Below, piece by piece: positions 1 to 9,771 of a stretch of 64,000 bases of DNA. The notes under the pieces are model-generated. The model saw nothing but the letters and a program-made list of their open reading frames with translations, was not told where the DNA came from and did no database searches. Source of the stretch: Methanobacteriota archaeon (lineage in GTDB: Archaea > Thermoplasmatota > Thermoplasmata > SG8-5 > JAGLSY01); the NCBI GenBank assembly GCA_020697715.1, contig JAEHCO010000001.1, positions 714,149 through 778,148 on the forward strand. The letters run 5' to 3'. The translations under genes and the position numbers were made by a program. Positions within the stretch are counted from its first letter, which is position 1; every line of letters begins with the position of its first letter.

Positions 1-1034
1 ACCCAGATCTCCCATGGTAGAAGGCCATCTTCCTTGGTCGGGACCCGATCAAGATGTACATCCACTCCATAACCAGCGGCAAAGGCCAGCTCTCCGCAAA
101 CACAGGATAATCCGCCACCGCCAAGGTCCTTCATGCCCGTGATGAGCTTCTTTTGACCAACCTCCAGAATGGCATGTATGAGCGGCTCTTTCATGATAGG
201 ATCGCCCAGCTGGACAGCCCCTCTGGATTCAGTCTCTGATTTGTCAGTAAGCACGGCGGAAGCAAAGGTAACGCCGTGTATCCCATCTCGGCCAGTGAAT
301 CCACCTACCAAGATCAGATTGTCTCCAACTCCACCGACCTTGTTCTCGTAAAGGTCTTCTTTTTTCGCTATGCCAACACAGCCAACATTTACCAGGCAGT
401 TGCCCAGGTATGAATCATCGAAATAAACACCGCCACTGACAGTGGGTATGCCTATCCTGTTACCATAATCCCTGATGCCAGATACCACCCCGCTAAGAAG
501 GTATGTGGGGTGTTTCGTGCCCTTTGGGATCTGATCATGCGGATGGTCCAATGAACCGAAATAAAGTGGGTCTATGAGGGCGATCGGCTGACATCCCATG
601 CATAGAACGTCCCTCACGATACCGCCAATGCCAGTTGCCGCGCCACCATAGGGCTCGACAGCACTGGGATGATTATGTGATTCAATTCTCAATGAATACG
701 CATATTCATCATCGAATTCCATCACGCCAGCATCTCCTCTATCTATCACTTGTGAATTGTCAATGCCGAATACGAAATCCCGCAAAATGGATTTCGAGCT
801 TTTGTAACAACAATGTTCGGACCAGGCCTGGCCAAGAGATTGTAATTCAACATCAGTGGGATTACGGCCCATGGTCTCGAAGTGTAATTTTATCCTCTTC
901 AATTCGTCCAGGCTCAGCCCTGTTCCGCTCTCGGTTCCAAGAGCAATAAGATCGTCATCACTGGCCTTGTCAAGCAAGACCTCGAAGAAGGGAAATGAGG
1001 CTTCCAATTTTTTGTACAGATGATCGGCGCTCAA
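1..1034 (-). CDS. purL: Phosphoribosylformylglycinamidine synthase subunit PurL (runs off the window start)
   Basis: Not in the ORF track. Manual minus-strand translation from a TTG at 1034 gives ...[26 protein letters not shown], and later [26 protein letters not shown] and KDLGGGGL, all PurL motifs. Lies directly downstream of purS. Confidence 0.95.
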   Translation of the reverse strand, partial: MSADHLYKKLEASFPFFEVLLDKASDDDLIALGTESGTGLSLDELKRIKLHFETMGRNPTDVELQSLGQAWSEHCCYKSSKSILRDFVFGIDNSQVIDRGDAGVMEFDDEYAYSLRIESHNHPSAVEPYGGAATGIGGIVRDVLCMGCQPIALIDPLYFGSLDHPHDQIPKGTKHPTYLLSGVVSGIRDYGNRIGIPTVSGGVYFDDSYLGNCLVNVGCVGIAKKEDLYENKVGGVGDNLILVGGFTGRDGIHGVTFASAVLTDKSETESRGAVQLGDPIMKEPLIHAILEVGQKKLITGMKDLGGGGLSCVCGELAFAAGYGVDVHLDRVPTKEDGLLPWEIW

Positions 1035-1036
1035 GC

Positions 1037-1285
1037 CTACACCTCTTTGATGTTTATCAAGGGAATGTGGATGACTGGATTCGAAAGAAGCTTCACGCAC
1101 ATGTCATCCATCATGGCTTTTGCCTCGTCTTCCGAGTTGGTATCCAGAGTTATAGTGAAGAATTTAGAGGTCTTGACCTCCAAAACCTTGTCAAAACCCA
1201 GTAGGTCCAATGCCTTCTTGGTGTTCTTTCCCTCAGGATCTGCAACTCCTTTCTTCAGCTCCACTCTTACTTCTGCTTCGAACAT
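1037..1285 (-). CDS. purS: FGAM synthase subunit PurS
   Basis: 82 aa with [10 protein letters not shown] and C-terminal LLSNPVI motifs; adjacent to purL. Confidence 0.95.
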   Translation of the reverse strand: MFEAEVRVELKKGVADPEGKNTKKALDLLGFDKVLEVKTSKFFTITLDTNSEDEAKAMMDDMCVKLLSNPVIHIPLINIKEV

Positions 1286-1337
1286 GGTATCACTGTGGAA
1301 GGTGATAACAACGGCATATTAATGGTTTATTGAATAA

Positions 1338-1370
1338 TTGTCAAGCTATGCTTGATAATATGCTTGATAA
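1338..1370. promoter_or_regulatory. Candidate operator in the purS/hypothetical divergent promoter
   Basis: Near-perfect palindrome TTGTCAAGC-TAT-GCTTGATAA plus a direct repeat of the half-site TATGCTTGATAA. Confidence 0.4.
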
Positions 1371-1447
1371 GAATTGAATATCAGTGTGAGAAATTAGCGA
1401 TAATATTCCAAAACTTAATATTAGACATTTGTATTGGTTTGGATTCA

Positions 1448-3010
1448 ATGCCTAAAGGAAAGATGAGAAAGATGGGGCGAAGGAGCTCCGGTATCAAGTC
1501 AGCTTCAAAAGGCCAGCAGGACAAGCTCAATAAGAGAGCGAAGAAGCTGGCAGAGAAGCCCCGACTACTTATTCCCGAATGCATAGGGGAATGCAGAGGG
1601 TGTGATTTTGACAAGGTGGAAGCAAAGCTTATCAGGATCAGCAAGTTCAGAGGCAATTTAATCACACTTCAGAAGCTGGCCAAATCAGGAGGCCAGCTGG
1701 AAAGGGCATATGCCGTGATGCTCATTCTTGATGAAGAGGATTCGGCTCCATTTTTAGGTGTTGCCAGGGTGGCAAGTGGCGAGGTCAGCTACGCTAATAG
1801 AGGTAAGGTGAGCAAAGAGGTCCTTATTGGAGTTCAGCATTATGATGATCCCAAGTTCGGCCTTCTCGCTTATTCTGAGATCGCGATCAAGAAAAACCTT
1901 CATTTATATTATACACCAGAGGGTGTCAAATGCTCTGGCAAATTCCCCAATTATCCCAAAGAGCTCGCGTCCAGTGTATTGAAAGATGTTGATTATTCTT
2001 TCAATAGATCTGGCAACACATATCGTTGCCAACATTGTGCTTCTGGTAATGTTGGAGGGAAATTGACATTGAAGATAAGGTCTTCTGATATGACCATCGA
2101 GATATGTGGAACATGCTTGAAGGACAAGGAGAACCTGTTCATGGCATTCTCCCGCATGGCATTGACCAAAAACCCAGAGGGTGATTTCGACATCGACCTG
2201 GATTATTCATTGACATGCGTATCAGATAGCTGTTCTGTAGGCGATCTGTTCATAAAAACAAAACAAATATTGAAAGCATACACCACTGGCCAGATATCGG
2301 ATAAAGCATTGATGAATGCTTATTCTTCAGAAGTGATGAAAAAGATACACGATATAGACAAGAAAATGCTGGTCGTTGGTGGCAGATGTTTCGAAGATGA
2401 TACTGACAAGTTCATAGAGGCTCTCAGGCCATCGAAGATCGAGAAAAAAGCTCTTCAATACGTTTTATCAAATATCACGGAGCCAGTTGTAATAGATTCT
2501 GCCACGGCCAGTGCAGTTCTTTCCATGTATTGGGATGAATTGGGCGAAGGGGCTATAAATGCGGTCATTGATGATCCGTCACTGTCAAAGAAGATATACA
2601 CTGGAGCAAAAGGATCTGGCTCCACTCCATCTCATATTCTTAAGGATGCGGACATGCGCAAGAAAGCGGAGGACACACTGAGCCAGATACCTAAATTCAA
2701 AAATCTCTCAAGACTATCAAAATTCACAGATGAGGTAGTTCGCACTTACAAGGCCTATGGGTCTGATGAGACCATGAAGATACTGGAGAAAGGTCATGCA
2801 GGTGACACCAAGATGAAGTCGATCTCCTGCGGTTTCTACGATGCCATGGGCTTGCTAAAGGGTAAGGAATGGCTGTTCACAAAAGAAGAATTGGATTATG
2901 GTAGATATCTTTCAGAGTTCTCCAAGGGTCTTCTTGATGCTGAACCTGATGATTATAAGGAAGCTTTGCAGGATCTCATGACAGCCAGTGGCTCTGGTGA
3001 GACAATATAG
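1448..3010 (+). CDS. Hypothetical protein, basic N-terminus with several Cys clusters
   Basis: Long ORF; likely ATG at 1448 (MPKGKMRK). Cys motifs CxxxCxxC, CxxC, CxxC and CxxxxC. No family recognised. Confidence 0.8.
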   Translation: MPKGKMRKMGRRSSGIKSASKGQQDKLNKRAKKLAEKPRLLIPECIGECRGCDFDKVEAKLIRISKFRGNLITLQKLAKSGGQLERAYAVMLILDEEDSAPFLGVARVASGEVSYANRGKVSKEVLIGVQHYDDPKFGLLAYSEIAIKKNLHLYYTPEGVKCSGKFPNYPKELASSVLKDVDYSFNRSGNTYRCQHCASGNVGGKLTLKIRSSDMTIEICGTCLKDKENLFMAFSRMALTKNPEGDFDIDLDYSLTCVSDSCSVGDLFIKTKQILKAYTTGQISDKALMNAYSSEVMKKIHDIDKKMLVVGGRCFEDDTDKFIEALRPSKIEKKALQYVLSNITEPVVIDSATASAVLSMYWDELGEGAINAVIDDPSLSKKIYTGAKGSGSTPSHILKDADMRKKAEDTLSQIPKFKNLSRLSKFTDEVVRTYKAYGSDETMKILEKGHAGDTKMKSISCGFYDAMGLLKGKEWLFTKEELDYGRYLSEFSKGLLDAEPDDYKEALQDLMTASGSGETI

Positions 3011-3107
3011 GTCTTATTTTTAGCCTAATTTAATCCTTTTATATCATATAATAATAAATCCAAAGTATATTATATAAATGCCATGATTTCCCTTTTGGTG
3101 AATATAT

Positions 3108-3680
3108 ATGGATAATGAACCAATTAATACGGGAGAACCTGCACCGCCAGCACCACCGGAGGCACCAATACCTCCAGTGGAATCTGAGCCTGCACCACCT
3201 CCCCAGGATGCACCTGCACCAGCAAAGTCTGGTGGAGGTAAGGGACCAATCATCGCAATAGCAGTCATTGCGGTTGTCGCCATTGTCGTTCTTGCTTTCA
3301 TGTTTATGGGCGGAAGCATAGAAGGTAAATGGGAACTGGAAAGTGGAAAAATCTACGATGCAGATGGCACTTTGAACCAAGAAGCGACTGACGCATTTGA
3401 TGGCAAAGGCGAATGGATGGAATTCAAGTCAGATGGTTCTATTGCGAATAGCGATGGAGAAGATGACGGAACCTGGAAAACAGATGGTGATAAGCTCACT
3501 ATCACTTCCACATACGAGTATGAGAATTATGATATTGATGCAAATGGCAATATCACATGGGACAATCAAACTATGACTGACACTATAGAATTCACATACA
3601 AAGTATCCTTCAACACTCTCACACTTGAGATGGAATATCCAGATGGCTCGTCAATGAAGCTGACTGCTAAGAAAGCATGA
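3108..3680 (+). CDS. Membrane-anchored lipocalin-like protein with Pro-rich N-terminus
   Basis: Pro/Ala-rich segment, one TM helix, then IEGKW...MEFKSDG...GTWKTDGDKLTI, a lipocalin-like beta-barrel pattern. Confidence 0.7.
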   Translation: MDNEPINTGEPAPPAPPEAPIPPVESEPAPPPQDAPAPAKSGGGKGPIIAIAVIAVVAIVVLAFMFMGGSIEGKWELESGKIYDADGTLNQEATDAFDGKGEWMEFKSDGSIANSDGEDDGTWKTDGDKLTITSTYEYENYDIDANGNITWDNQTMTDTIEFTYKVSFNTLTLEMEYPDGSSMKLTAKKA

Positions 3681-3712
3681 AGTCTTAATCGACACATCTG
3701 AATACAAGCTAA

Positions 3713-3751
3713 TGGCCTTCGGGCCACCTCTTTCCTTTTTCTTCATTTTTC
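3713..3751 (+). terminator. Hairpin with UUCG loop and pyrimidine/T tract
   Basis: TGGCC-TTCG-GGCCA followed by CTCTTTCCTTTTCTTCATTTTT, between convergent genes. Confidence 0.65.
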
Positions 3752-3789
3752 ATAACTCAGCCTGAGCTTTTTAATATTCGATCATATGT

Positions 3790-4347
3790 CTAAAAAACAG
3801 TATGTTCCAGAAGGATCTTCAACCCCAATCCGATCAATATCAGACCGCCAATGACCTCCATTTTACCTTCCAATCTCTCCCCCGCCTTTTGACCGATAAA
3901 GGTTCCAGCAAAGGCGAATATGAATGACATCACACTGATCAGGATGACTGGGAGTAATATCGATATGCCCAGGAAGGCGAATGAGATGCCTATGGCCAGA
4001 GAATCAATGCTTGTGGCGATCGACAATATCAAGAGTATCTTCAGGTTCCTATGGTTCATACCTGAGGATTCCTCCTCTTCCATCCCTTCCTTGATCATCT
4101 TGATGCCTATTATAGCCAGAAGTATGAAGGCGATCCAGTGATCCACGCTTTCAACAAGAGTGGCAAAATTGCTTGCCCCCAGCCAGCCAAGCAGGGCCAA
4201 TCCTCCCTGGAAAGCACCGAAGAATATTCCCACTCTCACACCATCAGATAGTTTGACATCTTTAATGGTGACCGCACTGGATATGGAGACTGCCAGGCAG
4301 TCCATCGCTAGTCCGATGGAGATCAGTAATATAGATAAGAAGTCCAT
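3790..4347 (-). CDS. mntP: Manganese efflux pump MntP family
   Basis: LAMDCLAVS, DHWIAF and IATSIDSLAIG motifs; 6 hydrophobic helices. Confidence 0.9.
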   Translation of the reverse strand: MDFLSILLISIGLAMDCLAVSISSAVTIKDVKLSDGVRVGIFFGAFQGGLALLGWLGASNFATLVESVDHWIAFILLAIIGIKMIKEGMEEEESSGMNHRNLKILLILSIATSIDSLAIGISFAFLGISILLPVILISVMSFIFAFAGTFIGQKAGERLEGKMEVIGGLILIGLGLKILLEHTVF

Positions 4348-4474
4348 TGAAACGTCAATGATAGAACCTGTATTTGATATTGACGATTGGATCTTTCAGC
4401 ATTAAAGGTCAGATATCCTCGAGCAATATCTTTATAATCCTTTACCATTTACACATAATTGAGGTAGCCTGGCT

Positions 4475-5236
4475 ATGGTATTGAAGCACATGGTGCATGA
4501 TGAAGATATGGATCATATCAAGAAGACCCTTAAAGACAATGTCCTGGACAATGCTATTTTCCTGTACAGGGTCTTTGAACTTGGACACGAATATGATATC
4601 TATTTCGACGAGGATGTGAAAGCGGCAATGGCCGTTGATAAGAATCACCCTCTGGTGGTCTTTACAGGTGATTGGTCATCGACCATCATACCTTTTGATA
4701 AGCTTCCACTGGATGGTTTCTTCACTCATGGCTGCCCAACAAGCGCACTGATACAAATTGAAAATGAATTCAAAATAGATGATCCATATCCGTGTTGGAG
4801 GTATATCTCAACAGGGAATGTGGGAGCGGGACCATGGGATGATCTGGGTAGGCTTGATGAGGATGATGCGGTATTGATCGCCAAGCATTGGGACCTAATA
4901 GATGATCCAGAGGAAATATTAAGAGAGAAGATAAGAAAGTTCGATAGTGCTTGTGTAAGGGAAAATGGGAAACCAGTTTCCTGGGTGGGCATTCATTTTG
5001 AGATCGAGGGGATGGCCGAGCTTGGATTCGCCCATACTCTTGATGGACATAGAAGAAAGGGATATTCCGCTATGGCGACAAAGGCTTTAGTAAATAGAAT
5101 AGATGAACGTGGTGGGAAGGCCGTGGTGCATATGTTCAAATCTAATGAGGCCAGCATCTCATTGGCAGAGAGCATGGGATTCAAAAGGATCGGCGAGGCC
5201 ACTTGGGCTCAGATAGAACCGATATCCAAAAAATAA
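4475..5236 (+). CDS. GNAT family N-acetyltransferase
   Basis: C-terminal HRRKGYS acetyl-CoA motif A and N..S..L..SMGF. Confidence 0.8.
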   Translation: MVLKHMVHDEDMDHIKKTLKDNVLDNAIFLYRVFELGHEYDIYFDEDVKAAMAVDKNHPLVVFTGDWSSTIIPFDKLPLDGFFTHGCPTSALIQIENEFKIDDPYPCWRYISTGNVGAGPWDDLGRLDEDDAVLIAKHWDLIDDPEEILREKIRKFDSACVRENGKPVSWVGIHFEIEGMAELGFAHTLDGHRRKGYSAMATKALVNRIDERGGKAVVHMFKSNEASISLAESMGFKRIGEATWAQIEPISKK

Positions 5237-5286
5237 GGGATGCGAAGCTAAAGCAGTTTATTTTACATTATATTTACAAACAATTA

Positions 5287-5703
5287 CTATTTATTGGTTT
5301 CAGGAGGACATAGGCCAAGTTCTATCTCCTTTGCCTTTGCCTTTTTTCTGCATTGGGATTTGCTCATGTGGCCAGATTTGAAATTCTTTTCCAGGATCTT
5401 TTTGTAATCGTGAAATTGATCCTGTGCTTGTTTTAATTTTCGACCTTTGAGTGGGATCCATTCCTCATTAGAAGATCTCTCTGGAATGATCGGATCCGCT
5501 GAAGGAGCTGGAGCTACAGACCTCACAGGTTCAGGAGTTGGAGCAACAGGCGGGTCAGGGTTACCACTAAAAGCAGAAACTGTGTGGACAGGAGGCGATT
5601 CTTCCCCTGGCTCCTTTTCTCCGATGAAAGAAAAGAATCCCTTTTTCTTACGTTTTCCGCGTGCTTCTATTTTTTCCAAATCTGCGTATATGTCGCGCCC
5701 CAT
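5287..5703 (-). CDS. Hypothetical protein (basic, Pro-rich linker)
   Basis: Fills an intergenic gap and has an AT-rich region upstream. Start at ATG 5703 or TTG 5715. Confidence 0.55.
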   Translation of the reverse strand: MGRDIYADLEKIEARGKRKKKGFFSFIGEKEPGEESPPVHTVSAFSGNPDPPVAPTPEPVRSVAPAPSADPIIPERSSNEEWIPLKGRKLKQAQDQFHDYKKILEKNFKSGHMSKSQCRKKAKAKEIELGLCPPETNK

Positions 5704-5995
5704 GTCTTCACCCAATTAAACTAATAATCTCCATTGTTGGAACTATCATAAATAAGTATTTAATGCATCTTCTTAAATTGTTATAATAGACAAATTATTT
5801 ATCACTTAATGGCAATTTATACATTATTTGATAAAACATAGCATGTTTATCGATCTTTCTATCCACATATATAAGATTTACTGAATTTAGAACTCTTCAA
5901 ATCACACGAGATCTAATATGAGATATAGTAATGATCTATGATCTGAGATCCAAGATTCAATAATCAATAAATAGAAAGATACCCATGAGGCCGCA

Positions 5996-6994
5996 ATGCG
6001 TGATAAAGCCCCGAAGACAGACAAACCCATTGCCGTGTGGAGTGAGAAGGAATTCCTCAATACGGATCAGCTGGACGCACTGGTCGTCATCCTCCGAGGT
6101 AGAGGTTGCTACTGGTCAGCCAAATCCGGATGTATCATGTGTGGCTATTCCAATGACACGACATCGGGGATCACGGAAGATGATCTACAGGCTCAATTTG
6201 TATCCGCTATGGATAAATACAAGGGGGAGGGATATGTCAAGATATACACCTCTGGAAGCTTTTTCGATAATAGAGAAATGACGGATGATACCAGGGAAAA
6301 GATCCTGGTAATGGCAGGCGATGGTGGAAAGAACCATGTGCTTGTGGAATCCAGACCTGAGTTCATCACAGCGGATATCATAGACAGGGCACTGGAGCAT
6401 GTCAGTAGCCTGGAGGTGGCCATCGGCCTGGAGACCGCGAATGACGATGTCAGAAAAAAATGCGTGAACAAGGGCTTTACATTCGCGAACTTCGAGCGTG
6501 CTGCCACCATCCTGAAAGAAAAAGGCGTCAAGGTAAGGACATACATCCTCCTAAAGCCACCATATCTTACAGAGAGGCAGGCCATCGAGGATGCTGTTGA
6601 TTCGGCCGTCAAGGCTGATGCGCTATCAGATACAATTTCTTTCAATCCGATAAATGTCCAGAGGTGGACCTTGGTCGAGGAACTCTGGAAAAAGGGACTA
6701 TACAGACCCCCATGGTTATGGAGCCTGGCTGAGGTTCTAAAAAGAACCGTGGAAGTTACAAATTCAAGGATCGTGTCCTCCCCATCCGGCGGGGGCAGCA
6801 GAAGGGGAGTGCATAATTGCAAAAAGTGCAATAAGCAATTCCTCGAGGCTGTAGATCGCTTTTACATGACACAGGATCCAAGCCAGTTGGAATTCTCCTG
6901 CACCTGCAAGGCCGAGTGGCTGGACACACTTGACTTCCAGGAAATGATGGGCACAACTGGAGATGTAAGCAAGCTTCTGGGGATATGGGAATAG
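5996..6994 (+). CDS. raSEA: Archaeosine biosynthesis radical SAM protein RaSEA (TIGR01210-like)
   Basis: LRGRGCYW...GCIMCGY (CX6CX2C), KIYTSGSF, VESRPEF, IGLETAND, LLKPP, YRPPWLWS and RGVHNC motifs. Confidence 0.85.
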   Translation: MRDKAPKTDKPIAVWSEKEFLNTDQLDALVVILRGRGCYWSAKSGCIMCGYSNDTTSGITEDDLQAQFVSAMDKYKGEGYVKIYTSGSFFDNREMTDDTREKILVMAGDGGKNHVLVESRPEFITADIIDRALEHVSSLEVAIGLETANDDVRKKCVNKGFTFANFERAATILKEKGVKVRTYILLKPPYLTERQAIEDAVDSAVKADALSDTISFNPINVQRWTLVEELWKKGLYRPPWLWSLAEVLKRTVEVTNSRIVSSPSGGGSRRGVHNCKKCNKQFLEAVDRFYMTQDPSQLEFSCTCKAEWLDTLDFQEMMGTTGDVSKLLGIWE

Positions 6995-7139
6995 AATTAC
7001 TGGTTCCGCTCCCACAGCTCCGCCCCCACCTCGAATTCTTATTGAATACACCCACCCACCCACGAATTATGAATAATATGCCTGGTAGATCAAGCATAGG
7101 TATTGTAAAGTTTTTAATCAATACCGCATTCCGGTGTCC

Positions 7140-7619
7140 ATGGCGATATTATCCGATAAGGGAATACTCAAGGCGATGGAAGATGGACAACTGGGTATTG
7201 ACGATTTTGTTGAGAATAATCTAACTCCCAATGGTTACGACCTGAGCATAGCGGAGATAAAAGTTGGTCAGGACGGCCAGCTGATAACTGAAGGCGATGT
7301 CCGAATACCTCCAATGACCTGGTTCGCAGTCAGCACGAAGGAATACGTTCGATTCGGGCCAGCCATCACCTCACAGCTTTGGATAAGAACATCCTGGGCC
7401 CGCCGCGGTGTATTATCATCATTTGGCAAGGTGGACGCTGGCTTCGAAGGAACACTGACCTTATCAGCTTTCAATTCATCTGATAAAGATGTTATAATTC
7501 CAATCGGTGATCGCTTCTGCCAGATAGTCTTCGAATGGCTGGATTCTGCAGCGGACAAGCAATACGCCGAGCGCTCCGGGAATTACCAGGGACAGCGAGG
7601 GGTCAACCTTGGGAATTAA
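7140..7619 (+). CDS. dcd: dCTP deaminase / trimeric dUTPase family
   Basis: ILSD, PNGYDL, RTSWARRG, VDAGFEGTLTL, GDRFCQ and C-terminal GNYQGQRGV. Confidence 0.85.
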   Translation: MAILSDKGILKAMEDGQLGIDDFVENNLTPNGYDLSIAEIKVGQDGQLITEGDVRIPPMTWFAVSTKEYVRFGPAITSQLWIRTSWARRGVLSSFGKVDAGFEGTLTLSAFNSSDKDVIIPIGDRFCQIVFEWLDSAADKQYAERSGNYQGQRGVNLGN

Positions 7620-8298
7620 GGCAGTTCTTTTCGACATGGGCAACACATTGATCGACAGTAGGACCACCGAGGGAACCTTTTCCCGGATACTCAGGGAAAA
7701 GGGATATGATGTGCCTCCAGATCTCATAAAGGAGGCGCTGGTCAAACATTCAGATGAGCCTGCTCCGAACCAGGAGGTTGGTGACCGGGCTGGTATTTCA
7801 TCCGAGGATTTTTACATCAAGTTCAACAATGCCATCCTGAGTCATATTGGCCTTGAGAATGCTGAGCCCGATCTTGGAAAATACATCTATGATCGCTGGT
7901 TCATCGTCCTTCATATCTATTTATTACAAAATGCTGAAAGCACAATAGTCCAGCTTAAGAAAAAGGGAATCAAGGTCGGGATCGTCACCAATGGTTTCCG
8001 TGATGAGGTAGAAACCATTTTTGAAGAATTACCAATACAGCCATCTGACTTTGATATCGTGGTCGGATGCAATACCACTGGTTTTGCCAAGCCCAATCCC
8101 GCTCCTTTTAAGTTCGCGCTGAAGGTACTTGGACTCCTACCAGAGGAAATAATGTTCGTTGGCGACTCATACAGAAATGATTATCTAGGCTCGAAAAAGG
8201 TCGGAATGAACCCGGTTCTGTATCTACCTAAGGGAGAGCCGCCTGAGCCAGATACCATATTTGTCAGGGATCTGAAGGATCTGCTTGATCTTATTTAG
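7609..8298 (+). CDS. HAD-superfamily hydrolase
   Basis: Motif I FDMGNTL, VTNG, KP and VGDSYRND. Confidence 0.9.
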   Translation: MGIKAVLFDMGNTLIDSRTTEGTFSRILREKGYDVPPDLIKEALVKHSDEPAPNQEVGDRAGISSEDFYIKFNNAILSHIGLENAEPDLGKYIYDRWFIVLHIYLLQNAESTIVQLKKKGIKVGIVTNGFRDEVETIFEELPIQPSDFDIVVGCNTTGFAKPNPAPFKFALKVLGLLPEEIMFVGDSYRNDYLGSKKVGMNPVLYLPKGEPPEPDTIFVRDLKDLLDLI

Positions 8299-8329
8299 TC
8301 ACATATTGGTTCATGTCTTGGCTTAGTTT

Positions 8330-8463
8330 GCCCGCCCCAATATATGGGTAGGCCCCCCGCCTTACACCACAGAATCATCTGGCTACTCCGTATCCAGAAG
8401 ATTAATTGAATCGCTGTGCAATTCAATTCGCTGGGTCGCGCCCTTCCCCCCTGCTCGTGGTGT
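8330..8463 (-). ncRNA. Candidate multi-helix structured RNA 3' of a small membrane ORF
   Basis: Outer stem ACACCAC/GTGGTGT encloses an 11-bp and a 10-bp hairpin; G-U pairs favour the minus strand. Confidence 0.35.
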
Positions 8464-8464
8464 T

Positions 8465-8656
8465 TCATTCTTCAAATAACAGCCACAAAAGAATTCCAAT
8501 GCCAAGAGGAACTGCTCCCATCATTATCAACGAGCTTTGCTCAGCCAGGGTACTGTGGAATTTTGTGGCAACTCCCTTGTACACGCCCCATGATGTGATA
8601 GCTGATCCGAATAGGATTAACCACAATCCAAGATTATGCAATTTTTGATTCCTCAT
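8465..8656 (-). CDS. Small 2-TM membrane protein
   Basis: 63 aa with two hydrophobic helices; GGTGGAAG SD-like sequence upstream. Confidence 0.55.
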   Translation of the reverse strand: MRNQKLHNLGLWLILFGSAITSWGVYKGVATKFHSTLAEQSSLIMMGAVPLGIGILLWLLFEE

Positions 8657-8731
8657 ATCTCTTCCACCATTTTATTATCTAATATATGAACAAATACACA
8701 ATATCGATATTTAAATGTATTTTGGGCTTGC

Positions 8732-9760
8732 CTACCAATCCATAACTTGTATCGATGATAGATCAAAGACATACAGGCTGGATGTTGGCGAATAGGTATG
8801 CACGATCCTCGCCCCATCCACAGTAACTGGATGTCCATATCCCATGGCCTTTTCCTCTATCTCACCAGATAGCTTGGGAACGTCCTCGTTCTCCACGATG
8901 GCATATAAGTAGATCGACCCGCCAGGCTCCAGCACATCCAGTGCCGCCCCCAGGAAGTCCATTGACGAGTGAGGCAAGTTCATGATTATCCTATCAGAAT
9001 TCGGAAGACCGCATATCACTGATCTGGCATCTCCCTGATAATGGGAGATGTTCTCCACTTTGTTCAGCATGATATTCTTTTCAAGGTAAACGATGGCATC
9101 GGGATTGATATCGATGGCATGTATCTCCCTCGGGTTGGCGTGCTTGGCTATCATTATGGAAAAGGGCCCGACACCTGCGAACATATCCAAAATATTATCA
9201 CCATACCTCACGATCTCGGCAATTCTTTTTCTCTCCCCAGCCAGTCTGGGTGAGAAATAAACACTGGCTATGTCCATTTCCAGTCGCAATCCGAATTCCT
9301 TGTGAATTGTCTTTGTACGATCATCACCCGCGATGATACTGATATCGCGAGTTCGAAACTCACCCTTCACACCACCGTCCAGTGTCACTACTTTCAGATT
9401 ATTGTTCGCCTTCAGAATTGCCTCCCCGATGGCTTTGGAATAGTGAAGTAGGGCATCTGCCAGCTTGATGATGCAGATGTCTCCGATGATATCGAATGAA
9501 GATGGCAAGAGGTCCTTGAGTTGGCTCGGAATATCAGCCAACTCCCTGTATCCCTTCGCCTGCTCCAACTCTTCAAAATCCATTTCGGAAATTGGATAAC
9601 AAAGCTCCAGCTCTTTGCCAGGCTCGACAGATATCGGGATGAAGATATCTGTGTTGGATGACATGATACGAAGATCCTTTCTAAGTAGATCTTCGTCTGA
9701 AAGCTTTTTACGTATGGTCTCCCCTTTACTCCTGGGTACGACCACGCATTTGGAGATCAT
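8732..9760 (-). CDS. trm5: tRNA methyltransferase, Trm5/Met-10+ family
   Basis: [32 protein letters not shown] and RIIMNLP motifs. Confidence 0.85.
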   Translation of the reverse strand: MISKCVVVPRSKGETIRKKLSDEDLLRKDLRIMSSNTDIFIPISVEPGKELELCYPISEMDFEELEQAKGYRELADIPSQLKDLLPSSFDIIGDICIIKLADALLHYSKAIGEAILKANNNLKVVTLDGGVKGEFRTRDISIIAGDDRTKTIHKEFGLRLEMDIASVYFSPRLAGERKRIAEIVRYGDNILDMFAGVGPFSIMIAKHANPREIHAIDINPDAIVYLEKNIMLNKVENISHYQGDARSVICGLPNSDRIIMNLPHSSMDFLGAALDVLEPGGSIYLYAIVENEDVPKLSGEIEEKAMGYGHPVTVDGARIVHTYSPTSSLYVFDLSSIQVMDW

Positions 9761-9771
9761 TGGTGTTTGAC

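Noticed and set aside
4348-4440. Possible yybP-ykoY Mn riboswitch upstream of mntP (contains CGUCAAUA and a CGTCAAT/ATTGACG inverted repeat)
   Set aside because: The conserved GGGGAGUA and GAGACC elements are missing. At most a simple hairpin or operator.
5720-5990. AT-rich region with clustered GATC/AGAT words; possible replication origin
   Set aside because: No ORB-like repeats with G-strings and no adjacent cdc6/orc1. Consistent with a divergent promoter region.
8653-8838. 61-aa minus-strand ORF
   Set aside because: Overlaps the trm5 3' end out of frame and has no motifs.
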